Positions 1-13,600 of a stretch of DNA of 17,864 nt are shown here, in pieces. The notes beneath the pieces were generated by a model. It saw only the letters and a program-made list of their open reading frames with translations, was not told the DNA's origin and searched no databases. The translations under genes and the position numbers were made by a program. Origin of the DNA: Ginkgo biloba (lineage: Eukaryota > Plantae > Ginkgophyta); contig JANKJI020000004.1 in the NCBI GenBank assembly GCA_024626585.2, positions 159,375,482-159,393,345 on the forward strand, given 5' to 3'. Each line of letters opens with the position of its first letter. Within the stretch, counting starts at the first letter, position 1.

Positions 1-2029
1 AATAACTCATTAGTAAGCATACATTCATAAATAATAACATTAATTACTCGTGCATAATTTATAAGGAGACTCAAATTTAGGTATAAAATATATTCATTAA
101 TTGCTTATAGTATATAGTACATCATATTTAATGAAATCCCAATCTCCATGCTTCACAATAAGTTTCATATAAACATATCACCAAAAAACTAGTTTTGTAA
201 AGGAGAAAATTGAGAGTATTCAATAGACCATTCCTCTATGATTCCTCCTCAAAAATCCCTCTATCGTGCCATGTAAACACCCTCATAACACTCCCTTTCA
301 TTACAAAATGGTCACAACATGGAAAAAAAATTCTCATTCTTTCAAAAATCCTCACACAGTGGAAAAATGCTCACACATCCCACTATTCTCATGCAAACCC
401 TCTCACAACATGCAAAACTCTACAACTCTTTTCTCCTCACACGAGCTCTCTCCACACAAAAAAAACTCTATCATGAATCCTCTCCTCCCTCCCAAAAATA
501 TCTTCTTCTCAACCTTTTTTGCCATGGTGCTAACACGTGTGAGCCCACATAAGCTCACATCAAAATAATGGGGAAAAGAGACTACAAGATACTTTTCCTT
601 TTTACAAAAAGGGAGGTGATACGTCATCCACATAACAAAGAAAAGACATCTGATCAAGTAAAATTCCATGTAATCATACTGTTGAGAAAACTCAACTAGG
701 GGTTGGCACCGTGCAACAAGGCTTTTAATCAATTATTAAAACTTAATTAGATGAAAGATCATTTAATGAAGAGGTGCCTATTCAAAACACCCTTTGATAT
801 TGGACCTATATAAACCACTTGGCTTACAATTGTAACTCAATCTATTCATATCAATCATTTCTATTATTCATTTTATACCTAGAATTGTTACAACATTCAT
901 ACATTCTTGGGAGCATACCAATGAGGTTTGCCCATAGAAGGCCTCCAAATTGTAGTCACATCATGCCAATTACCCAAAATCCAAAGAATGCAAGTTGTAG
1001 TACTCTTGCAGCATTTTGCAGGCAAGGCAAAATCTTCTACAGGAGGGCAGAGCGTCAAAACAACCAAAAAACAATGTAAATATATTCCAAAACATTGTCA
1101 TTCCAAGAAAGTCTCCTAGAGGCAAAGTGAAGTCCAAATAATGCTTAGAGAGCAAGTCACACTCTACTAAAAGTTCTAGAAAGTAGAATGACTCAAGTCT
1201 TTAAAGATCATGGTTCCAAGTCATTATACCTGTGAAGATGATTACNNNNNNNNNNNNNNNNNNNNNNNNNNNNNNNNNNNNNNNNNNNNNNNNNNNNNNN
1301 NNNNNNNNNNNNNNNNNNNNNNNNNNNNNNNNNNNNNNNNNNNNNGACTCCTTAGGGTGGGGCACTCTTGGTCATAGGGATTAATTGCTATGATTGTAAT
1401 CATTAATTATATAATAATTATTCGTAGTTTTAGTGTGTATGCTCCATGTAAATTTTGAAATTTTCCTACCCTTCTACTCCATAAACCCTAGCAACATTAT
1501 CTAAGGTAGTTATGGCTCCAATCAAATACCTTCTAGGGGATATGAAACCTTATATGGAGTCTCTTCTTCTTGAGGACTCTTTTTAGCCCTTGCATGCATT
1601 TATTAGTGCTATTGATAGGTGGTTTTTTGCCTTCTTTAGTTAGATGGATGTTTGTGCTAATTTCTACTAGTGGCAGTTATAGGTGTAGTTATTGACCGAA
1701 TGGTTGTTGTTGTAACCATGTCCCATGGTTTGTTGCTATAGCCATGGTGATTTCTTCTACCAATAGGGTTCCCATGTCTAGAGTCTATTGGTTTAGTCGT
1801 AGGGTTTTAGCTGAAAACCATAAAACTATTAATTAAGGGTGGATACCCTAATGATTATAGTTTATTTTGATGCCTAAAATGGGATTATATATACACTTCA
1901 AGAATTTGACTTGGAACTTCAACTATCTTAATGTCTATATAACTTTGCAGCGATAATGGTAATCTTTATCTAATTAATTGCAGACATTATCCTCTATCTA
2001 ATGGCATAGATAATTCTTAATTACTAGCA

Positions 2030-2825
2030 CTTCTTGACCAACATAAAAGACTTTAGGCCAATTTGCTTTTTTACCAAGAATTTCTATCTTCCAATTTTAA
2101 AATTTAGATGACCTCCCCTAATATCCAATTATAAAATTAAACTCAACTTACTTGGAGCTATATTTCACTCACCTAGATACAATAACCCTTTAATATTACC
2201 ACAATAATGCCAACATTAAAACTTAAAATCAAAATATCTAATATTAAAACTTAAAATTGGAGGAGTAGGGTTTTACCAACATATGAGGGCTTTCAAATTT
2301 GTTTCTCGAACTCAATTCTCAAAACAAGTATTCAAGTTTGGTTTGGATTTAGTTTTAAAATAGTATTCTTAACTTGTTTCCAATCTTCAACTTGTCAATA
2401 AACTAGAGTTTACACCACCCAAACAAAGATTTTCATTCATTACTAGTGAATTTTAAACCACTAGAGGTAAATTCTGAACTAATTTTAAAATATATACATG
2501 AATTTGCTATTACACCTAAATCCTATAAATTTGAATTTTAAAAAATGCTAGAAGTCAAACTACACATGGATTTAATTATTTTCTTGCATCATTATAATAT
2601 ACTCCTTAGTTGATTATTATAGTTCCTCTTTTTATTTTTCTTCTCCAACTATTTGACCAATTCTAGGGGATTATATAGTACTATCCTTGAACTCAAATTT
2701 TGACTATCCTTGTACAACATTCATTCTTCTTCTCCACTAGCATTATCATCATCCATGGTCATCATTAACTAAAGCCTCCTTTTCTCTCTAAAATAACTTT
2801 TATGTTATAAAATGAAGGCCCCTAA
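2030..2825 (-). mobile_element. Possible heavily decayed LINE ORF1 (DUF4283-like) and endonuclease start
   Basis: Scattered words: REKEALVN..PWMM, KIHV*FDF (RICVE.D-like), TGGATATTAGGGG (one base short of WNIRG), P.VF..QE. Confidence 0.35.
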
Positions 2826-3309
2826 AGTATGAATCTAGATCCAAGNNNNNNNNNNNNNNNNNNNNNNNNNNNNNNNNNNNNNNNNNNNNNNNNNNNNNNN
2901 NNNNNNNNNNNNNNNNNNNNNNNNNNNNNNNNNNNNNNNNNNNNNATGCTCCCTTTATACCTAGATTAAGATTTTGCAATGATGGTAACAAAACCATTAT
3001 GTTAGCTTCAAACTTGCCTGTTGTCTAACCAAACTAATTACTAATTACTAATTAGCTATCATAAGACTCATTGATGGCATTCCACTATAATAAACACTAC
3101 AACTAGGCATAAACCTCCAACACCCTAATTGTAGGAATAATGAAGAGTGATATCCATTGTGGTCATCTAAACTATCAACATAATACATTATGTTAATATT
3201 ATTCCACAAGAAACTGTTTGGGGATAGAATCAATTATATTCATTCTTCCATCTACAAGCACAGTAACAATCCTTCCCTCGATTCTCACTTGCCCAAGGAG
3301 AGGAGTTAA

Positions 3310-3900
3310 ATATTTATGTAACAATTCAATCAACCAACTTTATCGCTCTTCACAAGCGAAAAGATTCAAACAGATTCTGAAACATTCATAAGCTAGAATA
3401 TTCTCCTTACAATTTGCATACCTTTTTAAGTTACCCAACCCAGTCTATACTCAACACTTTGCTTCATCACAAGCCTCAGGAACGATTGAAGGTTCACGAA
3501 ATCCACAGGACAGTTCTTTGTGGAGACAAAAAAATTGAATAAAAACAGTAGATTCCATGGATTATAGTTTGTTGTGGAAGATAATGGATTGGATGGAAAT
3601 CATATATGTAAATGTTGAAGTCCTAGAAAATTCAAAGATTCAAACAGATTCTAGAATATTCATAAACTACAATATTCCCCTCAGAATTTGCACATTTTCT
3701 TTTAGATATCCAACCCAATCTCTACCTAACACTATGCTTCATCAGAAGCCTCTAAGAAGTATTTTAAGAGTTTTCAAGAAACATACAGGATGGTTCTTTG
3801 GGAAGGCTCAACAAAACTGGAATAGCAGCAACCAACTTCAGGGCAAATACTTTGTCAGCTTAGGTAATGGAAGGGATAGGGGGAACATATACATATACTT
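3310..3900. repeat. Diverged tandem duplication, period ~275-280 bp
   Basis: AAGATTCAAACAGATTCT at 3361 and 3635. Alignment continues through CCAACCCA.TCT, GCTTCATCA.AAGCCTC and ACAGGA..GTTCTTTG (ending 3520 and 3800), and more weakly TAATGGA..GGAT..CATATA (~3582 and ~3865). Confidence 0.85.
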
Positions 3901-4506
3901 CCAGATCTCTGCCTTTAAAATATCAAGTAAATGAGCCAAGTTTCCTTCAAGAATCTCAAATAAAATTGATATTCAGAAAAGTTTATAAAGTAAAATTCTG
4001 AATGGGACAAACCTGAGTGTGAAGATTACAGGACTAAACATAATCTCAGTGAAATTGCTCAAGATTTTCCAACGAGTACAAAATTGGTTTTTTTTCATGA
4101 TAATTTTATTGGCCTGTACAAATAGCTCTATAGCACCAAAAATGACAAACCTGGAATTATATGATACTCTGTTAAATACAATAAAAGGTTCACAACCTAT
4201 ATGATAAATCTCCAATTCTAAAGATCCTATAACTTATGCTATTCCACTTTGCCTTTGAATGATTTGGCCTAAAATTCCAGAAACTCTTGTTTTACCTTCT
4301 ATTGATGTCCAGATTGTAATAGGACAAGGCTCTTTGTTGTCAAAGCACCAGTAGTTTCCACTTTTCCAGATTTTCATAGGAAGTTTCTAAAGGTCAAGGG
4401 ATAGAGGTCCACAAGAAAAAAAAAATTCATTGACCTTGTGTTTCAAAGGTACTCTTACTTCCACAGGAATTCATGCATTGCAATCCTAGCGTGTCCGAGG
4501 CAGAGA

Positions 4507-4612
4507 TCACTGGGACCTTATGAATATCACCAAACTTGAATAGAATCCAGTGATAGCAATAAGAGATGTCCCAATGTACATACAAGCTGTGGTTGCACAT
4601 ACATACAAGTAT
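4507..4612 (-). CDS. PIGG: PIG-G terminal exon (YLYVCATTACMYIGTSLIAITGFYSSLVIFIRSQ*)
   Basis: Acceptor TCTTGCAG|A completes the Lys codon, giving the conserved FSPK-YLYVCAT junction. TGA at 4509-4507. Not in the ORF track. Confidence 0.9.
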
Positions 4613-7600
4613 CTGCAAGATCATTAAAAAAATGCTATGGATTGTGTTGCACGATCTTAAAATTTGTTTAGTTCCCACAATATGATCGCGAATAGGAGGG
4701 TCATAATAGTTGATTGAAGGAAGATGGCAGTCTAGGCATGTGATCAAGGGCTGCGATTTATCATGATCAGGAGATCATGGAGCAGAGATCACACAGTTAA
4801 CCGTCAAACATACATACATTTTTGCAGAGACATCATGGGACACAATGGTCCTTAGTTGAATCTGGAGACTTCAGTCTTAGCATGAGGAGATTTGAATAAT
4901 TGATTAGTGATAATACATGTGCAAGAACAATTATGATTGTTGGTATTTACCAGATGATTTGGACGTTCTTGAGGGTGATAGCATTTGACAGCATGGTGGT
5001 TGCTTTGTTGAAGGCTTGCTAAGCAAAAGGGCAATTGAGGGAACATCTTTGTATAGCCTAGAAAAGACAAGTAAGACTTATCTCGAAATCTGTGAATAAA
5101 GATGAGTAGTGAAGCCAGTGCCTTGTCAATTGACTCACCAAAAGGATCAGCGAGCAGAAAGAAAGAAATAGTATTACTGTTCTCTGATGACCAAAAGCAG
5201 TCAATGGGACTATAAATACTACATCATGTAAGATAATCTGTGCGTGTGCAAGAGTGGCAACCCCTCATCTAAGCCTAATGTTAGACCTATCCCTATCTTA
5301 AAGTCCTTAAAAAATAGGTATCATTNNNNNNNNNNNNNNAGGCAAATAGGCAACCTTGCACTCAACATGAGAATCCAAGAAAACCCTAAAGGGGGGCAAT
5401 GTGCAATATATGACAATGTAGGATTTCCTGCGTGAGTACCTCCCTCCAGGGAATGGGGATATCCAATTGTCATAGGAGTATGCATCGCTCTGAGCCCATG
5501 CCTCATCCACAAGATATACCACTCAATGACTATGTCATAGATCCAAGAGCAGAAGATGATCCAATCCCATCTGTCCTAACATCCAAGGCCGAGGAAGTGG
5601 TGTTCACGAAGAAAATAACTAGTGATCTGTCTATCAGGTAGNNNNNNNNNNNNNNNNNNNNNNNNNNNNNNNNNNNNNNNNNNNNNNNNNNNNNNNNNNN
5701 NNNNNNNNNNNNNNNNNNNNNNNNNNNNNNNNNNNNNNNNNTTCTCCTCTTCATTGTAATGATGTCACTGAAAATATTTTGTACTACCATAGTCAGTTGA
5801 TATTGTATGAATGGCATTTCCATTATTATGAACTGATGGAAAGGAGGAAGTAGAGTTTGACAAAGCTAGCTTGGGAATCTTGTCAATTCTTTGCAATCTT
5901 TTTTCATACTACAAGCACACGTTAATTGTTGCCTACAAGGTGTCTCAAAGAATTTCCTTAATTTTGACTTTATAATTAGGGTGAGTTGATTATAATAGTA
6001 AACAAGGCATCCTGCATCCTTCTGGATATGTGAAGATGAAATAGTGTACTTTAATGTAATGAATCTAGCTGTAAAGACCTTAAAAAACTCGCGAGGGAGT
6101 TGCTTCATATTGGTAAGGCTTTATGTACGTCACCAGGGTTGATCTTGATGGCCGACTATTTCGTTAAGGTAGTGCTCAAATCATCCTATGATGAGATCGA
6201 TTAAGAGGGTAATGACCAATACCACTTGACGCAATCACTTGTAGGAGTTTGGTAGAACAATCACATTGTGACCTATTATGAGGAAACCCCGAGGTGGAAC
6301 AGGCTTCTAAGTAAGAATGTATATGATCATTCAAGCTTCCATCTACTTTGCTAGAATATTTAGGTAGTGGGATCAAGTTGGCAGGTAATGGGACTAGTTG
6401 CACATCATGCCAGAGTGGATTAGGGGCTACCTAAGGAGTTTCCATGACTGGGTGATGTTCACACCTAGTTTGATTTGGTAGTTAATTTGTAGATTCTAGA
6501 GTGAGTCCCTTTGAGAAGAAATTATTTTGACATTGATAAGAAAGATATCTAACTTTCAATTGTTAATATGCTGAGCACAGACTGTGTACGTATAGATGTG
6601 AATGCATATGTACATGCATGTGCTTGTGTACACACATTATTACTTACTTTGGCGAGAATACACTCCAAACAAATAGATGATTCTTCATGGTCAATAATAT
6701 GCCTGTGAAGCCAACCAGCACAACTGAATTCAATGCCAATGGCAAAACACATGGAAGGGCAATTATCTGCAGAAAGAAGTATCCTGAATTTTCTTCGTCT
6801 TTAATAGCATGCATGAAGTTGCTGCACTCCTTGAAAGATGAACAAAGCAGCAAGGCCAGCAGAAATAGCAATGGAGATGCATATGTAATAATGAAAGCCA
6901 AGATGCCCGATAAAACTGTTGAGTGGCTTGATAGTCCCTGCCATACGGAATGATTGATGAAGAAAAGGTTCTCAAACATAGCAGTACGGGAAAATTGCAT
7001 TCGAAAAATACAAACAATGACGGATACAATGATTCAAGAGAACAAAAATACTTACTGTGTATGCACCTGCCACATCAACTGTGGCTAGCGTATTGCTGTT
7101 TCCAAGTCCAAAATGGCCTGCTGCCTTGGAAGCGTAAGCTTCTCTTAATAAGGGAATTTGACACTCTCCTTATAGAATACACAACTTGTCATTTATGTAC
7201 AATAGACCTTCTTGAAGAGAAAATTCCATTTTCTTATCCCCTTACTATAATACTACCANNNNNNNNNNNNNNNNNNNNNNNNNNNNNNNNNNNNNNNNNN
7301 NNNNNNNNNNNNNNNNNNNNNNNNNNNNNNNNNNNNNNNNNNNNNNNNNNNNNNNNNNAATTTCAAAAAGCAACTATGCCTTATAATGCAACGATTTTGA
7401 ATTGTAGATAAACCTTTATTGCATTTTACTTACATATCTTCTACAGGAATGCCCCTTCTTGCCCAAGAGTCATATACATTTGAGATCGTCAAATAGCCTA
7501 GAGCTTTGAATTAAAGCTTTGACACTTTGTAGATGATCATCAAATTCTTCTATAAGGAACATATGCGCCTTTCCATTTGTCTTTTCATAGTTCAACATGC

Positions 7601-10600
7601 TTCCCACATATTCATTATTCCAACACTAGAGATAAGATTTGTTTCCTAGCATCTATAATCAGATTCTAGATCATTGATCTTTCTTGACAAATTGTTTGTG
7701 GTTTTCAAACTATGTTTGATTATAAGGTAGAAAATATTTATCAATAAGAATCCTTTTCCATTATTGGTTCCTCTGTTATAACAATTCCCATAGTTTTCAA
7801 AGAAACTCGAGTCTTTGTGATCTTTTGCCACATAAACAACATGAAGTAACCCCCTGGATATTCTTTATCTTTCAACAAGTAGCAAGTATAAATTGATAAC
7901 AAGTTTTTAAATATTTTTTTGGGGAATTCATAGCATAGAGATCAACTTATTAGGCTTGATTGTGAATCATTTTTATTGCATGGGCCAACTTGTCTAAGAG
8001 TTTATTATGTCCTTCAAATCTTGTTATTGTGATGTGCCATTTAGTTCTCCTTGATTGACCCCTAATCCACCCTTAGGTGCTGATATGCCGCCTCCCTAAA
8101 AATAGATGCAAATGAGCTCAATTTGAATTGTAATTTTCATGTTGCATTTATATACATGTCTGATTTGCAAGCCAAGGTGTCAGCCACAAAAGCTCTTCTC
8201 AATGGTGCACAAGTGTGCCCAAAAGTTTGTACCCAAGGCATACCATGAGGTAAGTTCAACTCTATTGATGTTGTCATTGATCTAGAGCATTCAAATTTTA
8301 ATTTCTAGTAAGTTGGCTTCTAGAATGCATATTGGATATTTTTTTGGAAGATCTCTCCCTGAGACTGTACTCAAAGACTAGGTTGAGGAAAGTTGGTAGA
8401 TAAATAGTGGGAAAATTGTTTCTATTCATTATCTATGCAGAGGATTTTNNNNNNNNNNNNNNNNNNNNNNNNNNNNNNNNNNNNNNNNNNNNNNNNNNNN
8501 NNNNNNNNNNNNNNNNNNNNNNNNNNNNNNNNNNNNNNNNNNNNNNNNATCTCCAATATAAAGATAGTTAGGTGACTCTTCAATTCTAGACAATGACCCT
8601 TAACATTCAACTTCCTAACCTTTTGAATTCTCCACAGACCCTTAAACTAAAATATTTAAACCATGGTCTATACAGAGAGGTATCATGCCCATAGTCAATG
8701 CCATTAAAAAGCTCAGGGGCGCCAAAATACACGAGATCTTAAACGAGGGTTTGAACAAACAATATAACTCCCACGACCATAAATGAAGTCGCCCTATTAG
8801 AAAACCATTAAACCCTACCCCTTTTTTGTCTTTCTTCACTCTACATAGTATGCTAGCATTCTTCACTCTACATAGTTGGTAACAAGACAAACTACCTATG
8901 GTTCCATAGCAGGTGCAATCTTTTTTTTGATTTTTTTGCAAACTCAACGATAAATCCACCAATAGTAGATCTTCAATCACAAATGTCTTTAACTAAAATT
9001 CAGTTGCAAATACCTCTATAACATCCATAGGATTTAAAACATAGAGGTAACTTTTAAAACTGCTTGTACTACACAACCTCTAAAATTGATATAAGAATAA
9101 AACAACTACTAGGTCACAAAAATCCACTCACAAACTCAGGTTAGGGATAACTAGGATTTTGATCTATTCATGACTATATAAATACATGTTCAACAGAGAT
9201 GACCTAATCCAAGCGAGAAAGGCTAACTTGGATGATCCTGAGTAGTCCATTGATCTAACAACTCAAGCAGCGTGAAGACGACTCAAGGCATTGGAGGTGA
9301 CTCAATCCAAATGGAAATACTTCCATGAATGAACTCTAGAACACGAGCCAATCAAGGTGATGCAAGTTGACCTAAAGAAATGTGAATTGACCTACTTTTT
9401 CCCCCTTGAGCTGCCCAGTGTTTTTCTTGAGACTATTTTCATGAGATGCTTTCCCTAAGATGTTCTTCCCTTAGAATGTAAGCCAAATATAAAGGAGCGT
9501 AGATTTATCAATTGAGTCGATCAAAACTCCAAATCGACAGTGTTGTCTAATTATGGCTCTAAGTGTTAGAATCCACACTAATAAGAGGTGAAGTATGCAT
9601 TCATAGTGTGAGGGCATGCATTTAGTACACACTCATAACAAAAGGTAGAATAACATCATAAAATCATTGCACAAATCACAAAGTACTCAAATTTGGGGTA
9701 CAAACTTCTATTATTAATTTCAAGTGTGCTAGTACAACATAATAAATGCACGGGTTAGGCTTCTCACACCAAACCTTAGTTTTTATTACTTGAATCACAC
9801 CAAAGGACTTTGTCTCTTCAATTTATAGTTTCTCTCTCTTCATAAATGGTAAGGACATGTCTTTTCTAAATGTGGGTTATAATATTAACCCTAACCCTAC
9901 TATTTTGTCCTTTCTAATTTTACATTAGATGCGCCCTCATTAGGGCATTAAATACGACCTTACATGAATAATAAATGCACCTTAATTAAGCCCTAATTAA
10001 TTTGACTTAGGGCTAGGCAGATTGACGTCATAATTGTCCTTAAATCTGTCGACTTTGACGATGCTAACTCGATTTAATTGTTCCTTAATGACTTTGCTTT
10101 GACCAAAATTGACCCCACCTAATTGTTCGTTAATAAGTTTGGTTTGACCAACGTTGACCCGACTTAATTACTCCTTAAATAGGTCATCTTTGACTACGAT
10201 TTTGACCATTAATAATGCACCTTAAATTCAGGTTGATTTTTATCATTTTGACCAACAACTTGAACATTAAATATTATCCTTTTTTTTGTGACTTTGACCA
10301 AGTTTGACTAGCAAATTTCTCAGCATTAAATGCTATTATTATTTTGGGTCTTTCACTAGCAACTTTGGCTACTTTTGGCCAATGATTTTGACCAAGTTTG
10401 ACGAGCATTGACTTTAGATTTTTAGGGTTGACGTCATCCCACAATTAATTCTAGCTAACATCCTTCTCGCTTCTGCCATGTTAACATTGACTTCATCACA
10501 TCATCTAGGTCTTGCCACATCATCAAGGTCTAATCCTCGTGATCTTGCCATGTTATCTGAGCACTTTTAACTACCTTAAGGCAGTTTTGCCTTTCCAAGG

Positions 10601-13600
10601 TGGTTTTGTCCTAACTTAAGGTGGTTTCTCCTTCTGCTCATGACATGCCCTTTGTGGATGTCACGTCGTCGTCTATTATTTGCAAATGAATCATGTCGTC
10701 AGTTTGCTATATCAATTAGGGACAAATATCCTACAAACACTATAAAGCCTCCAAATCAAAAGGTGCCTCAGTACTATGTCAAAGTCTTTCCAGAAGTCTC
10801 CAAAGTAGTAGTCAAACTTATAGTGCCTATGTCTAGACCCCTTAATTGTATCCCTATGTGTAAGAATATGATCAAGGGTCTGATGGTCTCATCGAAAACC
10901 TACTAACTCTTTTCTCTGAGGCCCTCTCTGTCTACTAGCTATGAGATATGTGAGTCTAGGATGGTGGAGTGTAATTGGTCAAGGTATGGTTGATCATAAT
11001 GGTATGATATTTTCGTGGATTTGATGCATTCCCTGATTTGAAGATTGGTTGTATTATGTTTGAGATCCAAGAGGTGGAGAAATCAACCACGCTCAAGGGT
11101 ACTAATTCAGGAATAAAACAACATCAATGATAATTCTTTCAACATACTTGAGCAAGGACACTCGAGCCTAACATGGAGGGGATCGATGTTAGCCATAAAA
11201 TGGTTGTGTTATAACCTTATATTAATTTTAATATTAATTGTGTAAAATGACATGAACTAATAGTATGTAATTAGGCTTAAGGGGTTAATTAAGGATTAGT
11301 TAGTAGTTAACTACGAACACANNNNNNNNNNNNNNNNNNNNNNNNNNNNNNNNNNNNNNNNNNNNNNNNNNNNNNNNNNNNNNNNNNNNNNNNNNNNNNN
11401 NNNNNNNNNNNNNNNNNNNNNCACTTGTATCTTGTTGCTAATTCTTATAATGTTTTTAGTAGTGTTGAGTGTGTGATGCAATGCTTCTATTAGACATTGA
11501 TGTGCTTATGAAGGTAATTGCATTTATTGTTACCTATTTTCTTATTTTGTCTGACAGTCCACAAGGGAAGCCCCCAAAAAATTGGAGAGACAAATTAAGT
11601 TGGAGATTAGCTTTGCTAGAGAGTTAATCACTTTGAACAAAGATGTGGGATGATTGGAGAATGACAATATGAATCNNNNNNNNNNNNNNNNNNNNNNNNN
11701 NNNNNNNNNNNNNNNNNNNNNNNNNNNNNNNNNNNNNNNNNNNNNNNNNNNNNNNNNNNNNNNNNNNNNNNNNNNCAAAGTATCACCACTTTCTTGGAAG
11801 GTAAGTTACATCTTCACTTCCTTAAGAAGGAGATTCCTACAAGCCTTATATCATCCTAAATAAGTTTTCCACTATCTTTGATCATCCAGTTATCCCCTAG
11901 GGTTACTCCCTTCCACTTTAAAGAAGATACAAATAGTTCTTCATATTCAACCTGTAACCAATTCTAGAAGGTTTTAGCCATTGGGAATTTCTAGAATACA
12001 TGGAAGACCAATTCCTTCTTTTGACATACAACACAAGAAGGGTCCGCCAAGCTTGAATTATGTAGTCAATCTTTCACCGCAAGGTTGTGGTGTATCACCA
12101 ACCATCCCAAAACATTAATATTGAATTATTTTTGTACCTTCCATATGCTTCGACATCTCTTTTTCCATCTTTCCTTTGGGTTGTTGATTCCCCATTTTAG
12201 ATTGAGTCGAGGAGCACTAAGTGTCTCACATCTAGTTATATTATACAAATGACGATTTTTGTAGCAGTAAAAGGGATTCCCATTGCTCCATCTCTAATCC
12301 CTCCAATATATTCCTGGAACCTATAATTGGCGCTTGAAAATGCAACTCTCTGGGAGAACTTTACAAAGCTCCAATAAGATAGGCTCATTTGTATAGGACA
12401 AATTTAAAGAGTATCTGATGGCTCTCCAATCTTTCCATGTCTGATGATCTTGATCCCAAAGGTCCTTCTAGAAGAACATCCCCTTTCTTTCTAATCTTTT
12501 TCCTATAAGATTTGGAATCATACCCAACAATCCTCTAGATGAAGAAAAAGTCCAAATAGGCCTTGAGGCTAAATCCCAACCATTCCTTAACCCTTCAAAA
12601 TCAGAGTGCAGTTGTGTAGAAATTGATTGCCAAGATTTCCACACACACTTGAGGATTTAAGACCCTGTTGTTGTGAATGCAGATGCCCCACCTAGAATGT
12701 CATATAAACCAAATGGGCCTTTGATTCACATCTAATAAGTTGTTGTAGCAATCTTGTGACAAACAAGGATCTACTATGGTGTATCCCCATGTTTACAACG
12801 AACCATCCATTTTCCTACCAAGACCATTCCTTGAGCCCTAATGTCAGTTATACCCAAGCCACCATGGGTCTTGGGAAGAGTGCATATGTCCCAAGCAACT
12901 AAGGTTCGGCCCTTGGCTCCTCCATGTTTTCCCCACAGAAATTTTTGTAACAACATGTCAATTTTGATGTAACCAGATTTGGATGGAAAGAGACAGGATG
13001 ACTAATATATATGCCCAGATGCAAGAATCCTGTCAACCATTGTGATCTTCCCTGCCAAAGGAAGGTCCTTAATATCCATCTTTGAATCTTGGCCAATAAT
13101 TTATCCAATTTTTTCTTTTCCGTTTTTATGGTAGTTTTTTATTTTTTTCAAAAAAGAGTTAAAAAAATAAAAGAAAAGAAAAGAAACGGCATTTTGGGGG
13201 TAGGATATGGTTGGGATACGACCATCAACCATATCCATACAGGGTACAGTACGGGTACAACACAAGTATGTACCATAAATGTTTTCAAGCTATTTCTGCG
13301 CCACTCCCATCCCTTCAGAAATCTCAGATATGGATAGCTTCCCTTTTTATAACTACTTGTAGCCGGTTGGCAAGGAACATTTCACTCCAAAATGGAGCTG
13401 ACTTTGAGGCATTCAAGAGGAAATGGAAGAAGCCACACACTGTCAACTCTGCAACAGCAGACAAGAGTCAAAGAGTACAGCTTCTCCAGAAAATGGCAAG
13501 CAATTCAAGAGAGTAGACTTGAGGAACTCTGAATTCTCTGCAAATTGCAGTACTCGGCTTTACTGTTTAGACTACAGCAAAAGGACCATTTTGTTTCAAA

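Noticed and set aside
210-732. Three overlapping + strand ORFs and one - strand ORF
   Set aside because: C/A-rich low-complexity sequence (CTCACAC-type repeats) lacks stops by composition and has no recognisable domain. Probably TE non-coding sequence.
775-1245. LTR-like region with CTATATAAA near 806
   Set aside because: No termini, PBS, PPT or TSD could be fixed, and it ends in a gap.
3557-3934. 125-aa + strand ORF
   Set aside because: No recognisable domain, and the duplicated unit next to it shows no corresponding ORF.
4690-5641. Possible LTR (CTATAAATA near 5209) and short ORFs at 5244-5641
   Set aside because: Intronic and gap-interrupted, with no diagnostic motif or boundary.
6583-6637. 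Alternating purine-pyrimidine tract next to the last donor
   Set aside because: A degenerate intronic microsatellite with no evidence of function.
8832-8876. 18-bp direct repeat TTCTTCACTCTACATAGT
   Set aside because: Ordinary slippage duplication within TE-like sequence.
10002-10492. CRISPR-like reading of the spaced repeats
   Set aside because: Eukaryotic context, degenerate repeats, no unique spacers and no cas genes.
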